From Chrysomallon squamiferum (lineage: Eukaryota > Animalia > Mollusca), in contig CM022674.1 in NCBI GenBank assembly GCA_012295275.1, positions 3,720,001 through 3,784,000 of the forward strand: 64,000 nt of DNA. Direction: 5' to 3'. Position numbers and translations under genes: made by a program. The stretch's first letter is position 1; every line of letters starts with the position of its first letter. A model generated the notes under the pieces. The model was not told the origin of the DNA, made no database searches, and saw only the letters and a program-made list of their open reading frames with translations. Below, in pieces: positions 62,611-64,000 of this stretch.

Positions 62611-64000
62611 TATTTTTTGAAATATACGCTTCCGAAAAAAATAAAAAATAAGAAGAAGAAGAAAAAAAAAATTTTTTCTTTAATCCTAATTGAAGAATTG
62701 ATGATTGAAGAATTCTAAATTACTTTTTTTTTTTCTTTCTCTCACTCGTTATTTTTCTTCTTATTCTATTATTTCTGTCTTTTATTTATTTATTTATTTT
62801 TTTTTATTTTCTTGTCAAAGGAAAAAGGAATGGAATAAACTAAGCAAAGAATGCATTTGTTTAATGTGGGTTTTTTATATATATAAATCCGTATTTAGTT
62901 TCTCGCTATCTTTTTTTTAACTTTTTTCCTCTTTTGGGTTCCCCCCTCCACAATACTTCCACGATTTTTATTTATTACACATAAAAATGATATATATTAC
63001 ATATATAAATATATATATATATATATTATAACGTACGTAAAATCCCCATTTGTATTACCCGTTCCAACGATATACTTATATTAAAAAAAAATAAAACATG
63101 CACAAGCATAGATTTTTTTTTTTTTTTTTCTCACTAATTTCGTTGTTTCGTCACTGATTTTGTCATAGGAATGCTACTAATTCTCTGACGTAGCTATCAG
63201 CCTCGATCTAGCTTTTAACTAATAGCGTATCTGTGACGTAACTGTCGGCCTCGCTGTGAATTTTGATAGGGTTTTATTCTGCGACTCAAAAATATTGGTT
63301 CTATTTTTCTTTTTTTTATTCTTTTTCAGATTTGTTCTTCTTTTTCTTTTTGTAAATGTTTTTTTTTTTTTTTTATTCTCCCATAAATTTTCTTCGCTTT
63401 CTCATTTTCTTCTGTCACTCCCCTTGTTATTATTATTATTTTTTTGATTTCTTTAACTTCTATAACCTCCTTTCTTCTTCTTCTTCTTCTCCTTCTTCTT
63501 CTTCTTCTTCTTAGGAAACAATATGTATAACGTAACATTCGATAAAGTATCACACGAAATAATTTTTTGGAAAACTAATAATCATAAAATAAAACATTCC
63601 TCCATAAAAATGTCAGGAAAATATTTTGCGTAAATTAATCTTCGAAATCCTTCCGTTGTCATGGTCATAAAGGCGTGTTCATACTGAATGAATTGTCTTA
63701 ATTCAGCGCAGTGAATTCTGAATTCACACTGAGTTAATTTCAATAATGAACTGAAGAGAAAAAAAAGTGATATGTTTGACGCAAAATAAATAAATAAATA
63801 AATTAATTAATTAATTAAAAACAAAAAGGAAATAATATATAAATATAATAAAAGTTATAAAAAAAATCTCAAGAGGAAATACACAGAGAGAGACAGACAG
63901 AGACAGGCAGAGAGAGAGAGACAGACACACAGAGAGAGAGAGAGATAATTTTATTTATTCATGTTTTTTACTGCCCACGAAAGTTAGATTAACAATAAGA

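Overview
AT-rich, microsatellite-dense eukaryotic DNA with spliceosomal introns. It is probably a lophotrochozoan invertebrate such as a mollusc (inference). By hand-splicing I find four protein-coding loci. (1) A minus-strand secreted protein (3058-6822): signal peptide, one chitin-binding CBM14/peritrophin-A domain, PQY, MP and GGFGGGMM repeat blocks and a Cys-containing C-terminal module. A 7-bp insertion interrupts its frame. (2) Head-to-head with it, a plus-strand secreted protein with two CBM14 domains (9300-11796) that ends in what looks like the same unnamed C-terminal module. (3) A complete 26-exon DHX36/RHAU G-quadruplex helicase gene (13596-29574) with a GC-AG intron, three locally duplicated splice sites and a long repeat-containing C-terminal tail. 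(4) A convergent PXYLP1/ACPL2-like histidine-phosphatase-fold gene (34706-41468, minus) that has lost all catalytic motifs and has a 1-nt frameshift. I found no recognisable coding exon in 42-64 kb. That region holds a ~1.4-kb-period tandem array, a 217-bp mariner derivative and several promoter-like motif clusters. Nearly all other ORF-track entries are microsatellite translations. No database searches were run; family calls rest on remembered motifs.
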